DNA from: an uncultured virus (IMG/VR IMGVR_UViG_3300025949_000021) | Lineage: Duplodnaviria > Heunggongvirae > Uroviricota > Caudoviricetes | Direction: 5' to 3' (one strand) | Length of the DNA: 64,000 nt | Virus record (IMG/VR): IMGVR_UViG_3300025949_000021 | In this document: in pieces, positions 36,880-46,025 of the stretch | Numbering within the stretch: the first letter of the stretch is position 1 | How the letters are laid out: the number at the start of each line of letters is the position of its first letter | Made by a program: the position numbers and the translations under genes | The notes under the pieces: model-generated | What the model was told of the DNA's origin: nothing | Seen by the model: only the letters and a program-made list of their open reading frames with translations | Database searches by the model: none

Positions 36880-37351
36880 GTATGCGACCTTCCTTTCTGA
36901 TGATTATGCTTACTGTGCGCTGACTAACTCCATATTGACTAGCCAGATCTGCTTGCCTCACTTTTCCAGGAATATACTTCTCCCTAATTTCATAAACTTG
37001 TTTACTGGTAAGTTTATGGTTTTGATGTTTTTCTCCAAAACTTCTATTAGTGTGGTTTGAGTTGGCCCGGCCCTTTTTCACCATGTCAATAAAATTTGAT
37101 ATAACTGTACCAAGCATTAAATGATTAGGATTGCAACATGAAGGATTGTCACATGAGTGCTGCACTTGCATGCCATTTGGAATTGGCCCAAATGTTATTC
37201 CCCAAGAAATTCTGTGCGCGGTTGTGTAAATTTTGTTGCGCCTAACGTTCCCATACCCGGATGGCTTTTTCGCGCCAAGCCATAGCCAGCACTCTGTTTT
37301 CCCTTTCTTTTCTACTTTTCTCCAAAATCTTTCGTCGCTAGTCATGGCCAT
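36872..37351 (-). CDS. HNH homing endonuclease
   Basis: RFW.KV...CW.W...AHR...[13 protein letters not shown]. Confidence 0.92.
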   Translation of the reverse strand: MAMTSDERFWRKVEKKGKTECWLWLGAKKPSGYGNVRRNKIYTTAHRISWGITFGPIPNGMQVQHSCDNPSCCNPNHLMLGTVISNFIDMVKKGRANSNHTNRSFGEKHQNHKLTSKQVYEIREKYIPGKVRQADLASQYGVSQRTVSIIIRKEGRIHG

Positions 37352-37965
37352 TACTTAATCTCCTGGAAAATTTGCTCAACTAAATTCAAGAATTCATCAC
37401 GACGATTAGCAAGTCGTGTTAGCTCATCTGCGCAATCATCCTTGGTTAACCGATGGACGATCAATTGCTTATCTTTAGGAAATTCAGAGCAATAGCTGAC
37501 GAAATCTACATAGACGCGCTCTGTACAATCCAGATGCCCAATAAACTGCCAGCGGTATGCAGGATCAAAACTACCGCGTCGCAACGTAGCATAATGGACT
37601 GGCGCAATGACACTTTTTATCTCAATAACGCCGTCATGGTTTATAAGCCCATCTGGCGAATCGCCATAGAGACCGCAATCAAAGAATCCGCCGTTTTGCA
37701 CATCCACAAAGTTTTCTTCTTCGTAAAGCATGCGCGCAATCGGCTCCTGCTCATGGCCGCGTTCGGTGTGGTCATTTGTGAAGTTCACCTCAGATTTGTT
37801 TCCAGTGATCCGCTCTAAGGCAATCTGCAATGCATAACGTTTTGCAGGATCTCCAAATGCCTTTCCTTCATTCGCCATGAAACAGGCGAAGTTAGAGGCA
37901 GTCGCTTTTCCGGTTCGCAGCGCTTGCCAAGCCTCTGTATTTTGCTCTACATTATGGAAAATCAT
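37351..37965 (-). CDS. YqaJ/lambda-exonuclease-family protein
   Basis: Q...W...R.G..TAS, G...EP.AR, SPDG, EIK. Confidence 0.92.
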   Translation of the reverse strand: MIFHNVEQNTEAWQALRTGKATASNFACFMANEGKAFGDPAKRYALQIALERITGNKSEVNFTNDHTERGHEQEPIARMLYEEENFVDVQNGGFFDCGLYGDSPDGLINHDGVIEIKSVIAPVHYATLRRGSFDPAYRWQFIGHLDCTERVYVDFVSYCSEFPKDKQLIVHRLTKDDCADELTRLANRRDEFLNLVEQIFQEIK

Positions 37966-38477
37966 TCCTTAGGCTCCTCGCACTCTTCCATAAGCTGAGT
38001 TTGATGTTCTGGCGACATATCAACACGCGACAACACCGCGACCAGATTCCCATCACGCTTAAATGCGGTTTTTGCATTGTCCCATCCCTTAACGTTATCA
38101 GGAGTCAAGTAACGTTTTTCAGGAGCATGTGGACTGATTCGCAAGCCCTCTACCATTTCTTTGCCAAACCGTACATTTGGATCAACGTACACAGTAATGC
38201 GGACATTCTGCCAATCGTCAATGAATGGCGAGCTAGTCAGAGCCTTCATAGTTTTGCTGTTAGAGGCATTTAAAATCATCGGCTTTAGCTTTTCTCCTGG
38301 CCGAATCTCAGTTTCAACGAAATGTGCCGTGTTGAAATGGTCTTTTGTTTTCTTCGTCAAATCAGAAGACAAGACCACATGCTTAACTGTCAAAACCGTC
38401 GGCTCAACAATATCAGCGCTACTCAGATATGGCGAATCAAAAGCTTTACGGTAATGTGTTTTCCCTTTTTCAGACAT
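37962..38477 (-). CDS. Putative recombination/annealing partner of the exonuclease
   Basis: Immediately upstream of exonuclease; THY.K.FDS.YL...KPMILN..N. Confidence 0.6.
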   Translation of the reverse strand: MSEKGKTHYRKAFDSPYLSSADIVEPTVLTVKHVVLSSDLTKKTKDHFNTAHFVETEIRPGEKLKPMILNASNSKTMKALTSSPFIDDWQNVRITVYVDPNVRFGKEMVEGLRISPHAPEKRYLTPDNVKGWDNAKTAFKRDGNLVAVLSRVDMSPEHQTQLMEECEEPKE

Positions 38478-38498
38478 TCTTCTCTCCGTTTAATCAGT

Positions 38499-38678
38499 TT
38501 ATTTATATGCAGCAATTGGAAACGTAAGACGTTCAGCTTCTTTAGTCAAAGCTTCCCATTCGGCCTTATATGGATCTTGCTTAACCTGTTTCGCCAACAC
38601 TGGCTTTGCCTCATCCACTGGCATCTTCATCAGATAGGCAGCAGAAAGTAGAAAGGCGATTGCGTAAATGTATTTCAT
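38499..38678 (-). CDS. 59-aa protein with hydrophobic N-terminus
   Basis: Hand-translated MKYIYAIAFLLSAAY...; ATGA-coupled. Confidence 0.55.
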   Translation of the reverse strand: MKYIYAIAFLLSAAYLMKMPVDEAKPVLAKQVKQDPYKAEWEALTKEAERLTFPIAAYK

Positions 38679-39202
38679 GCTTCTGCTTCTTGATCAATCT
38701 TTGCGCAGATACGACGCAGTTCTTTTTCTTGAGCATCCCTCGCAGCAGCCCACGCAGCATCCCTCGCAGCAGCCCACGCAGCATCCCCCGCAGCAGCCCA
38801 CGCAGCAGCCCACGCAGCATCCCTCGCAGCATCCCCCGCAGCATCCCCCGCAGCAGCCCTCGCAGCAGCCCACGCAGCAGCCCACGCAGCAGCCAATTCT
38901 TCCTGTGTCGCATCGCCATTTGCAAATTTCTCTGCGACATTCAATGCATCTTTACTGCGTTGATCGGTCATCAAATGCTCAACTTGACGAGCGCACCATA
39001 CAGCAAACAAGCGGATTTCTTTGTCATGTCCTTTTACTGCACGTAGACACCACAAAGCATCATCCAATCCATTGCTGTCCAAAACTTGGGTAATTGAAAC
39101 TGGCGCATCATCTGCTTTTGTCTTATTCAAAGACTTGAGCAATTTAGTCCATCCTTCATGACATGGCGAATTTTCACGAATTTCATTCAAAGTTGTTTTC
39201 AT
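38675..39202 (-). CDS. Ala-rich tetrapeptide-repeat phage protein
   Basis: MKTTLNEIR..SPC..GW.KLL; RLFAVWCAR; (W/R/G)(A/D)AA repeats. Confidence 0.88.
   Translation of the reverse strand: MKTTLNEIRENSPCHEGWTKLLKSLNKTKADDAPVSITQVLDSNGLDDALWCLRAVKGHDKEIRLFAVWCARQVEHLMTDQRSKDALNVAEKFANGDATQEELAAAWAAAWAAARAAAGDAAGDAARDAAWAAAWAAAGDAAWAAARDAAWAAARDAQEKELRRICAKIDQEAEA
38733..38894. repeat. 12-bp coding tandem repeat (about 13 units)
   Basis: Directly visible. Confidence 0.95.
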
Positions 39203-39224
39203 TATTCTCTCCCTATAAATTGAA

Positions 39225-39592
39225 GTTGGTGGCCGGTTGCTCATTTCCGGTTGGGCGGTCAACTAATATGCGACCTGAGTAAATTACCCGCCTCGTTACA
39301 TCGCACTCACATCCGCTCGCGCTACGGATATCCACCAACAGGAAAAAGAGGATTACACCCTTTGTTTGCATGCCCTCTCAGCGCGTTCGGTACTGCGCAT
39401 GCATCGGGAAGTCCGTTTTGCTGTGGCTCCCTCTTTCCTGTTGGCCCTCCGCACTAACGCGGCGGAGGTTTAACGGGCATTCCAACTGTCTTGCTGTGCA
39501 CCGACTGGCGAGCAAGCTTGGGAAGGTTTGCCAAACTTTACGCACATATCTAACCTTAGTCTTGTGTTCGCCGTTCAGGTTTGTTTCTGTGC
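39225..39592 (-). ncRNA. Array of structured RNA modules in the leftward leader (39225-39339 C4-like fold, 39335-39444, 39446-39468, 39476-39534, 39541-39592)
   Basis: Stems gttggtgg/ccaccaac, ccaacaggaaa/tttcctgttgg, cctccg/cggagg, cgcaca/tgtgcg. Confidence 0.7.
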
Positions 39593-39601
39593 GATGACTG
39601 A

Positions 39602-39630
39602 ATCATAGAATACTCAGAATACGATAGCAA
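39602..39630 (-). promoter_or_regulatory. Leftward sigma70-like promoter
   Basis: TTGCTA-N17-TATGAT on minus strand. Confidence 0.65.
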
Positions 39631-39663
39631 GCTTTATTTTAAAAATATTCACAAAACATTTGC

Positions 39664-39691
39664 TTGAATATTATCTTATATATGCTACGAT
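39664..39691 (+). promoter_or_regulatory. Rightward sigma70-like promoter
   Basis: TTGAAT-N16-TACGAT with extended TGn. Confidence 0.6.
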
Positions 39692-39718
39692 TCAGTTGTC
39701 GATCAAATGGAGGTAAAT

Positions 39719-39895
39719 ATGTATCAACAGTTAGCAAATAAACTTGAGCATGAGCGCGATAACCTGGCAGTCATTGAGGCAAAGACAGGTGTTACCGCTC
39801 AAACGATGAAGAACATTATTAATGATCCAGAAGCAAAGCGTAGCCGGGTAACGATTATCGCATTGGAAAACTATTTCAAGCGAGTCAAGAAATGA
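39719..39895 (+). CDS. Small Cro-like HTH protein
   Basis: GGAGGT RBS; LAVIEAKTGVTAQTMKNII. Confidence 0.7.
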   Translation: MYQQLANKLEHERDNLAVIEAKTGVTAQTMKNIINDPEAKRSRVTIIALENYFKRVKK

Positions 39896-40056
39896 GTAGC
39901 CCTGACCAATTGCAGGCCTTTCGTAATAACACCCGCAACATGCTGCACTACTCGCACACGCAACGCACCTGCATCAGTTGCCGAAAACGTCGCAGTATCG
40001 CGCAATATGAAAATGATTCGACGAAATGTCGTCAATGTGAGAGGAGAGGCAAATGA
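39892..40056 (+). CDS. 54-aa zinc-finger protein
   Basis: Homologue of 1509-1673. Confidence 0.75.
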   Translation: MSSPDQLQAFRNNTRNMLHYSHTQRTCISCRKRRSIAQYENDSTKCRQCERRGK

Positions 40057-40272
40057 AGGCGTTAAAAATCTTAATTTATATCGCTCACGCTATCGGGATT
40101 ACATCTTGCATCTTAATCGGAAATTACCCTGCTGTCGGATGGGCTATTAGTTCTTTGGTTTGGTTTTGTTTGTTTGAGGGCGAAGTGTCATGACCACTAG
40201 CTATCCCAACCACTACCTACTCGCTATTACAGCGTTACTTTTACTTGTTGGATTTATCGAAAGGTACACATA

Positions 40273-40575
40273 ATGGCTCCCGGACCAATCGGCTATACAT
40301 GCCCTGATATTGATGAGGTGATCCGCCTTATTGAGAATGTACAAACAGCCGCAAGCGAGTTGGATGCCGCCGTTGGATACAGAAAAAATGGTTTGCTTGA
40401 AGATTTGCGAAAAGCAAATGACACTTTGCGTAATTGGGGCGAAGAGTTGAAAGAGCGTGTTGAAGAGTTGGAGGTCGAACTTTCTGATGCAAAGCAAAGA
40501 ATCATTGATTTGGAAGATGAAATTGAAAATCGTATTGTGGAGTTTAGCGAAGCGATGGAAAGAGCGCATGACTAA
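40273..40575 (+). CDS. Coiled-coil hypothetical protein
   Basis: TCPDID...LE.LR.AN..LR.WG. Confidence 0.7.
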   Translation: MAPGPIGYTCPDIDEVIRLIENVQTAASELDAAVGYRKNGLLEDLRKANDTLRNWGEELKERVEELEVELSDAKQRIIDLEDEIENRIVEFSEAMERAHD

Positions 40576-41008
40576 CCTTCATAAAATCATCCTCGTTGAT
40601 TCTACTCGCCGAGACCGTGCTATCGCAATCATCCGCAATCTACCTTGTAACGATAGTTATGAGGTGGTAATTCAGCCAAAGACAAAAGTACGCAAGCTGT
40701 CGCAGAATGCTTTGATGTGGACTGGCCCGTTAAAGGATCTTGCTGAACAAGGCTATTCGGATGGGAAAAAGTATTCTGAGAAGACATGGCACGAATACTG
40801 TAAACAAGAGTTCCTGCCAGAAGAGTTCGACCCGCTTCTAACGCTGCCAGGATACGTTAAATGGGACTACACGCCGAAAGGTGACCGTGTCCTAGTAGGT
40901 AGCACTACCGAGCTAACAACGCGTGGCATGAGCGAATATCTGGAGCAAGTATATGTTTTAGGTTGCTCGCTTGGTGTTGAGTTCCACGCTAATCCTAATG
41001 AATATTGA
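40568..41008 (+). CDS. ninB: NinB-family protein
   Basis: R.LSQNALMW...STTEL....MSEYLEQ. Confidence 0.85.
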   Translation: MTNLHKIILVDSTRRDRAIAIIRNLPCNDSYEVVIQPKTKVRKLSQNALMWTGPLKDLAEQGYSDGKKYSEKTWHEYCKQEFLPEEFDPLLTLPGYVKWDYTPKGDRVLVGSTTELTTRGMSEYLEQVYVLGCSLGVEFHANPNEY

Positions 41009-41014
41009 GGTGAT

Positions 41015-41743
41015 ATGAATGAGTTGGCTCTTTTCGCAGGCGCTGGCGGAGGCATACTCGGCGGAACCCTGCTCGGATGGCGAACCGTTTGCGCAGTTGA
41101 ACGTGATGCCTACGCCGCACAAGTTCTGGCGCAACGACAAAACGATGGAATTCTCGCGCCTTTCCCAATTTGGTCTGACGTTACGACTTTTGACGGAAGA
41201 CCATGGCGCGGCATTGTTGACATCGTTTCTGGAGGATTCCCCTGCCAGGACATCAGCGTCGCTGGCAAAGGCGCAGGAATCGAAGGGGGAAGAAGCGGGA
41301 TGTGGAAGCATTTTGCAAGAATCATTTGCGAAGTTAAGCCAAGACGGGTCTATGTGGAAAACAGCCCAGCACTCACTATTCGAGGACTTGGAGTCGTCCT
41401 TAGAGATTTGGCCTCGATGGGGTTCAATGCAAGATGGGGAGTGCTTTCATGCGCAGATGCCGGCGGAGTTCATTTACGAGAGCGAATCTGGATTGAAGCT
41501 ACCAACAATAGGGGCGAACGAAGGGAAGGGTTCAAGCAAAGACAGGTTTTTAGGTTCTCCAGATTTCCGTGGGGCAAAAATGTGCGAGGGATTGAGGACT
41601 TGCGAAACAGATCCGATTTACCTCAACCCCTTATTCGCAGAATTAACCATGATGTGGCCTTTGGGATGGACCGACTTAAAGCCATTGGAAACGGACAAGT
41701 TCCGCGAGTGGCAGCAGCAGCATGGGAAATCCTAAATGACTAA
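41015..41743 (+). CDS. DNA (cytosine-5) methyltransferase alpha chain, lacking motif IX
   Basis: LFAGAGG (I), GGFPCQD (IV), ENS (VI), RERIW (VIII), RLKAIGNG (X). Confidence 0.92.
   Translation: MNELALFAGAGGGILGGTLLGWRTVCAVERDAYAAQVLAQRQNDGILAPFPIWSDVTTFDGRPWRGIVDIVSGGFPCQDISVAGKGAGIEGGRSGMWKHFARIICEVKPRRVYVENSPALTIRGLGVVLRDLASMGFNARWGVLSCADAGGVHLRERIWIEATNNRGERREGFKQRQVFRFSRFPWGKNVRGIEDLRNRSDLPQPLIRRINHDVAFGMDRLKAIGNGQVPRVAAAAWEILND
41019..41735 (+). CDS. Overlapping +1-frame ORF, putative beta chain carrying motif IX
   Basis: 238 open codons; LNPLFAELTMMWPLGWTD resembles motif IX. Confidence 0.7.
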   Translation: MSWLFSQALAEAYSAEPCSDGEPFAQLNVMPTPHKFWRNDKTMEFSRLSQFGLTLRLLTEDHGAALLTSFLEDSPARTSASLAKAQESKGEEAGCGSILQESFAKLSQDGSMWKTAQHSLFEDLESSLEIWPRWGSMQDGECFHAQMPAEFIYESESGLKLPTIGANEGKGSSKDRFLGSPDFRGAKMCEGLRTCETDPIYLNPLFAELTMMWPLGWTDLKPLETDKFREWQQQHGKS

Positions 41744-42296
41744 GTGCAAAATCTGCCGAGAAGAGTTCATTAAGCGCAGCATCTCGCACAAAGTATGCAG
41801 CAATGTTGACTGTGCTTTAGCCTGGATCGAACAAGAGCGCGCCAAAAAGCTAAAAAAGAAACAGATGGCAGACCGGAAAGAAACGAAGCTAAAGTTGGAC
41901 AAGTTAAAGACACGTTCAGATTACATCAAGGAGACACAGATTGCCTTCAATGCGTATATCCGCACTAGGGACCGCGATAAGCCATGCATTTCCTGCGGTG
42001 TTACTCTCGCACGGGAAGCAATTGGAGGCGGGTTTGACTGTGGACATTATAGATCGGTTGGCAGTGCGCCCCACTTACGGTTTCATTTCGATAATGCTCA
42101 TGGACAATGCAAAAAGTGCAACCGATACGGAAGCGGGATGGGGGTGGATTATAGAATTGGCCTCATTCCAAGAATCGGAGTGGATCGTGTTGAATCAGTT
42201 GAAAAGAACACTGCTCCCGGTAAATGGACAATCCCTGAGCTTATCGAAATGAAGAAGAAGTTTCAACAGATGAAAAAGGAACTAGAAAATGAGTAA
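41736..42296 (+). CDS. ninG: NinG/Rap endonuclease
   Basis: PCISCG..DCGHYRSVGSAPHLRF..NAHGQC..CN. Confidence 0.93.
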   Translation: MTKCKICREEFIKRSISHKVCSNVDCALAWIEQERAKKLKKKQMADRKETKLKLDKLKTRSDYIKETQIAFNAYIRTRDRDKPCISCGVTLAREAIGGGFDCGHYRSVGSAPHLRFHFDNAHGQCKKCNRYGSGMGVDYRIGLIPRIGVDRVESVEKNTAPGKWTIPELIEMKKKFQQMKKELENE

Positions 42297-42603
42297 AAAT
42301 TTAAAACAATTCTTAGATAATGGGGATTACCTTCCATCCCCATTAAAAGACTTTCACGACCAGAAGCACGTTTTCAAAGCTATCCACACATTTGTATCCA
42401 AGCATGATGTGATGCCACGGCTAACTTGGATTGATGCCCACATGTACACCATTGATGTCTTCCTTTGGTTCATGGCAAAGCGAGGATGGACATTGCAGCG
42501 TAGCCGTCAAAAGATTGAGTTTTTTGACTTGCAAGACGATATTAACAAACTAGATGAAATCGAAACTGCATCATTAAGGCAAATTTTAGGAGAGAAGAAA
42601 TGA
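42289..42603 (+). CDS. Phage hypothetical protein
   Basis: YLP..L.DFHDQK..FK..H; coupled. Confidence 0.75.
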   Translation: MSKNLKQFLDNGDYLPSPLKDFHDQKHVFKAIHTFVSKHDVMPRLTWIDAHMYTIDVFLWFMAKRGWTLQRSRQKIEFFDLQDDINKLDEIETASLRQILGEKK

Positions 42604-42757
42604 TATTCAACGCTGACTACTACCTAGCCACACAAGATCCTGCTAACTTGCTTAACCTAGTTCCAGGCTCGGTAGAATACTCGATAGTAGTAAACATGCT
42701 CCAAGGAGCTAATGCACAAGGTAGGATTGATCAATTCAGGGAAGATAGGGAGAAAGT

Positions 42758-43006
42758 ATGAAATATAGAAAAAAATCTGACGGTCAACTTTTAGAAGTTG
42801 GAGATGGGATATTAGTTAGTCATTGTTTTGGTAAACGAGTTGATAAAGTAACCCGTGTCACCAAAACAATGGCGATATGTGAAGTGCCTGGATCCTTGCC
42901 AATCCGATATCCGTTGAAATGTGGTTTTGGATTTTGTCCAAAAGGAGGTCGATCTTGGACTGTTAGCTATGACCCTATTGAAATCATTAAAGAGGGAGAA
43001 GAGTAA
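42758..43006 (+). CDS. Hypothetical protein
   Basis: GGGAG RBS; coupled. Confidence 0.6.
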   Translation: MKYRKKSDGQLLEVGDGILVSHCFGKRVDKVTRVTKTMAICEVPGSLPIRYPLKCGFGFCPKGGRSWTVSYDPIEIIKEGEE

Positions 43007-43329
43007 TGGGTAAGCCACATAAGCATGCAGAAATCCTTCGCGCAATCGCAGATGGCAAGGAAATTGAGTGGAAATCTCCGATTAGCAATACGTGGGAAGA
43101 TTGTGGAAATAGCGTTTTTAGTTTGCTCCAAACTGCTACAAGTTGTGAATTCCGCATAAAGCCACAGCGTGAATATCCCAAGACAAGTTTGACGGATGAA
43201 GAATTACGAGCATGGAACCATCGAGATCCAAATTGTGCTCATGAATTAAATAGTCGGGATGAAGGTTTGCGATGTGTCGCCAACGCAGCTATCCGCCGTT
43301 ACATAGATGATCAGGAGAATAAGGAATGA
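43006..43329 (+). CDS. Phage hypothetical protein
   Basis: Homologue of 4164-4469. Confidence 0.75.
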   Translation: MGKPHKHAEILRAIADGKEIEWKSPISNTWEDCGNSVFSLLQTATSCEFRIKPQREYPKTSLTDEELRAWNHRDPNCAHELNSRDEGLRCVANAAIRRYIDDQENKE

Positions 43330-43544
43330 CTAAGTCGAGCGAAATATTGCGGCTGGCGGCTGAGTATGAGTTTAAAGGTGACCCTAGAGGTCTTTTAAAA
43401 GCCATCAATGAAACAGGCTACAAAAATGATAATTTGCGTGGATATTATTACCAAACTGGTTGGTTAAATACGCTTATGTGCTCAGAGCACGCCGTCATGG
43501 CTCTCTGCCTAGCCGCAGCAATCGCCGAAGACGCTGGAGACTAA
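43326..43544 (+). CDS. Hypothetical protein
   Basis: Coupled; ends AAAIAEDAGD. Confidence 0.65.
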   Translation: MTKSSEILRLAAEYEFKGDPRGLLKAINETGYKNDNLRGYYYQTGWLNTLMCSEHAVMALCLAAAIAEDAGD

Positions 43545-43545
43545 T

Positions 43546-43740
43546 ATGGCTAAGCAACTTCCTCATTTACGCCGCGTAGACGGTCACTGGTTGTGCACAC
43601 ATGATCGTACTGAGAGGCATTTCCTCCGAGGATATTGGGGATCTACACCGATGCAGGCGTATCAGAACTTTACTTTTCATCAACATATGAAGGAGATAGG
43701 CGATAAGTGGAAATCTTCCGTAGCATGGAAATATTTGTAG
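43546..43740 (+). CDS. Hypothetical protein
   Basis: Homologue of 4751-4969. Confidence 0.7.
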   Translation: MAKQLPHLRRVDGHWLCTHDRTERHFLRGYWGSTPMQAYQNFTFHQHMKEIGDKWKSSVAWKYL

Positions 43741-43820
43741 GAAAACCGGCATAGTTTTGTGCGATTTATCCGATATTTGTAAGAAAAACGCTTGCAAGTC
43801 TGACGGAGATGTTGAATAAT
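43735..43820 (+). promoter_or_regulatory. Conserved block plus sigma70-like promoter
   Basis: Matches 4972-5044; TTGCAA-N17-AATAAT. Confidence 0.65.
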
Positions 43821-43857
43821 TCAGTTGTCCTTTGGCGGGGATAGTAAAAGAGAGTGC

Positions 43858-43953
43858 AAGCCATTGAGCTTGGGTTTTTATCAGTATCGTTTTAGGGATC
43901 ACTCTACCTAGAACCCGCCCAACTGATAAGAATCCAGACTCAATGGCTTTTTT
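43858..43953 (+). terminator. Long attenuator/terminator-like hairpin
   Basis: aagccattgag...ttatcagt / actgataa...ctcaatggctttttt. Confidence 0.7.
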
Positions 43954-43954
43954 G

Positions 43955-44180
43955 CGTTCTGGACCTACAAGCCGGGTAATGAGAACGACGGCAGCTTGTG
44001 GTGAATAGTGGGACCGGTAGGCAGCGTAGGAAGAACCACACAACAGGGCGACGAAGTTAGCACCCTGGTACGCGAAAAGGCTGACGAGTTAAGCGATTCC
44101 TCACTGGATGCTTATAAAGGATAGATCTCTTTAAATAGGGCTATCCTGAGTATTGCTCAAACCTCTTGGATATCTACTTA
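43955..44180 (+). ncRNA. Structured non-coding region (putative RNA)
   Basis: Stems gttct/agaac, cctac/gtagg, acaagc/gcttgt, aggg/ccct, taagc/gctta, aggatag/ctatcct. Confidence 0.5.
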
Positions 44181-44227
44181 ACTACTAAACCTTAAAGACA
44201 AAACTAAAGAACAAGTAGAGGTTAAAA

Positions 44228-44743
44228 GTGATAGTGCAATGTTCCTACTGCAAAACAGAAGTTGAGAAATCAACAAGCCATGTAAATAGGGCAAAAAAAG
44301 TCGGCGCACTATTATTCTGCTCAAAAACTTGTTTTGGTTCTAGTCGCAGAAATTGCAAAACAGTAATTCAGAAAAAAGAAGAAAAAAGACTGTATGACGA
44401 AGAATATAGAAAAAAGAATGCCGCATTATTGAAAGCAAAGAAACATGATTATTTCGTAAAAAATTACGACCCGATCAAAGCCGCACTAGAGCGAAAAAAG
44501 AAAATGGCGCAGCATGTGGAGTATTGCCGAACTCCTGAATACAAAGAGTGGAAAAAGAAATACGACCAAGGATATAGGGCAAGAAAAGAATATGGGGAAT
44601 TTTGGGAAGTATTTTTAGCAGTTTTAGAGATTGATAAGGAAGTGGAAGAGCGTCAAAGCAAGTATGAAATTTCGATTGTAAATGGTACTTTTAACAAAGC
44701 ACAAACTAGGAGAAGAGAATATGAAAGACTTAACCGCAACTAA
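44228..44743 (+). CDS. Basic protein with CxxC...CxxxC N-terminus
   Basis: GTG start with GAGG RBS. Confidence 0.7.
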   Translation: MIVQCSYCKTEVEKSTSHVNRAKKVGALLFCSKTCFGSSRRNCKTVIQKKEEKRLYDEEYRKKNAALLKAKKHDYFVKNYDPIKAALERKKKMAQHVEYCRTPEYKEWKKKYDQGYRARKEYGEFWEVFLAVLEIDKEVEERQSKYEISIVNGTFNKAQTRRREYERLNRN

Positions 44744-44927
44744 TTTGAAGCAAGCCCTTTGGGAAACCTTGAATAACATCAAAGATGATTCGATGTTGCC
44801 AGCGCAAGGGGATGCCATTGCAGGCCAAGCGCGAGAGATTTTGCGTACTGTGAAAGTGCAACTGCAAATCGCGGCGCAGTCTAAGCGCAATATTGCAACC
44901 GAAGTAATTGATTTCGCAGAGAAGTAA
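44721..44927 (+). CDS. Hypothetical protein
   Basis: RBS; helical; in operon. Confidence 0.65.
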   Translation: MKDLTATNLKQALWETLNNIKDDSMLPAQGDAIAGQAREILRTVKVQLQIAAQSKRNIATEVIDFAEK

Positions 44928-44929
44928 TC

Positions 44930-45283
44930 ATGATCCCCGATTGGTTACCAAAGGAAGCTTGGGAAGCCTATATTGCCATGCGCAAAAAAATGGGCCAGAA
45001 ATATCAAGCGACAGAGTACGCACAGAAGCTTCTGATTAACAAACTAACCGTCTGGAAGTCTGAGGGTGCTGACGTAGAGGCGATCATCAATCAGTCGATA
45101 GAGCGTAGCTGGACTGGTCTGTTCCCTGTACAGCAGCTTAAGATTGATAAACAAGCCTCAGCGCCTTCTGGGCTAGTAGAGAAGACCAAGGCCCTTATCA
45201 AGACGTATGAAGAGCCTATAGCCCGTGCAGGAGCAGGCTATGAGGAATTCCGCAAGCAGGTTAAGAATATTGTAAGACACTAA
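44930..45283 (+). CDS. Stand-alone initiator C-terminal-like domain
   Basis: Homologue of 6227-6580. Confidence 0.7.
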   Translation: MIPDWLPKEAWEAYIAMRKKMGQKYQATEYAQKLLINKLTVWKSEGADVEAIINQSIERSWTGLFPVQQLKIDKQASAPSGLVEKTKALIKTYEEPIARAGAGYEEFRKQVKNIVRH

Positions 45284-45296
45284 AGGAGAAGTAAAA

Positions 45297-45494
45297 ATGA
45301 AGAAACGCGTTTTCAATCGTCAAAATATTCCAACAACGTTGCCAGTTTCGTTTTCGATCACGATGTGGTTGTTGCTCGACCGATTAGATGCATCTGGTTG
45401 GGTGTGGGGGGTAACTGGAACAATTTTTGGATTGCTGTGGATCTCGTGCATTGTTTCTATCTTCGTTGAAGAACCCGATTCGCCATTGAAGTAA
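45297..45494 (+). CDS. Small two-TM membrane protein
   Basis: AAGGAG RBS; hydrophobic segments. Confidence 0.65.
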   Translation: MKKRVFNRQNIPTTLPVSFSITMWLLLDRLDASGWVWGVTGTIFGLLWISCIVSIFVEEPDSPLK

Positions 45495-45497
45495 TGT

Positions 45498-46025
45498 TTG
45501 ACATTAAAGGAGAATAATATCCACGAAATCAACCAAGATTATTTGAAATCTATACTTCGATACGATCCTGAAATAGGTCGATTCTTTTGGATCGGAGCGC
45601 GCCAAAAAGTGACTGTTGGAAATATGGCTGGCTATCTTAGAGAAAATAAATATAGGAGTATTGTTATCAATGGTATTAGTTTTTTGGAGCATAGGCTTGT
45701 ATGGTTATATTCTCACGGAATAATGCCAAAAGACCAGATTGACCACATAAACCATATTCGCGATGACAATAGATTGGAAAACCTAAGGATCGTGTCCCAT
45801 CAAGAAAATCAGCGAAATCGTTCAAAGAGTAAAAATAATGTCAGCGGTATTACAGGTATAAGCTGGCATAAGAGTACGGGGAAATGGCAAGCAAAGATTA
45901 AGGTCGATGGGAAAATGGAATGGATTGGTATATTCGAAGACTATTTCGAATCAATCTGTGCAAGAAAGTCAGCAGAATTGAAATATGGTTTTCACAAAAA
46001 TCATGGGAGAAAAGATGATAAGTAA
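45498..46025 (+). CDS. HNH-AP2 homing endonuclease
   Basis: YDPE.G.F.W, HRL.W, IDHIN..R.DNR.ENLR, SG.TG..W..KW.A.I. Confidence 0.92.
   Translation: MTLKENNIHEINQDYLKSILRYDPEIGRFFWIGARQKVTVGNMAGYLRENKYRSIVINGISFLEHRLVWLYSHGIMPKDQIDHINHIRDDNRLENLRIVSHQENQRNRSKSKNNVSGITGISWHKSTGKWQAKIKVDGKMEWIGIFEDYFESICARKSAELKYGFHKNHGRKDDK

Larger units (their letters stand above)
1..38674. mobile_element. Phage genome unit 1 (podovirus-like, lambdoid gene order); boundaries arbitrary because the unit is circularly permuted
   Basis: Full set of nin, packaging, head, short-tail, lysis and recombination genes; gene order restarts near 38.7 kb. Confidence 0.93.

Noticed and set aside
38733..38894. Possible CRISPR array in the 12-bp repeats (also 1-104)
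   Set aside because: No spacers; in-frame coding tandem repeat; no cas genes
38606..39093. Alternative-frame ORFs with PRSS, QQP, LLRG or GCC repeats
   Set aside because: Shadows of the repeat; only the Ala-rich frame has an RBS and a conserved N-terminus
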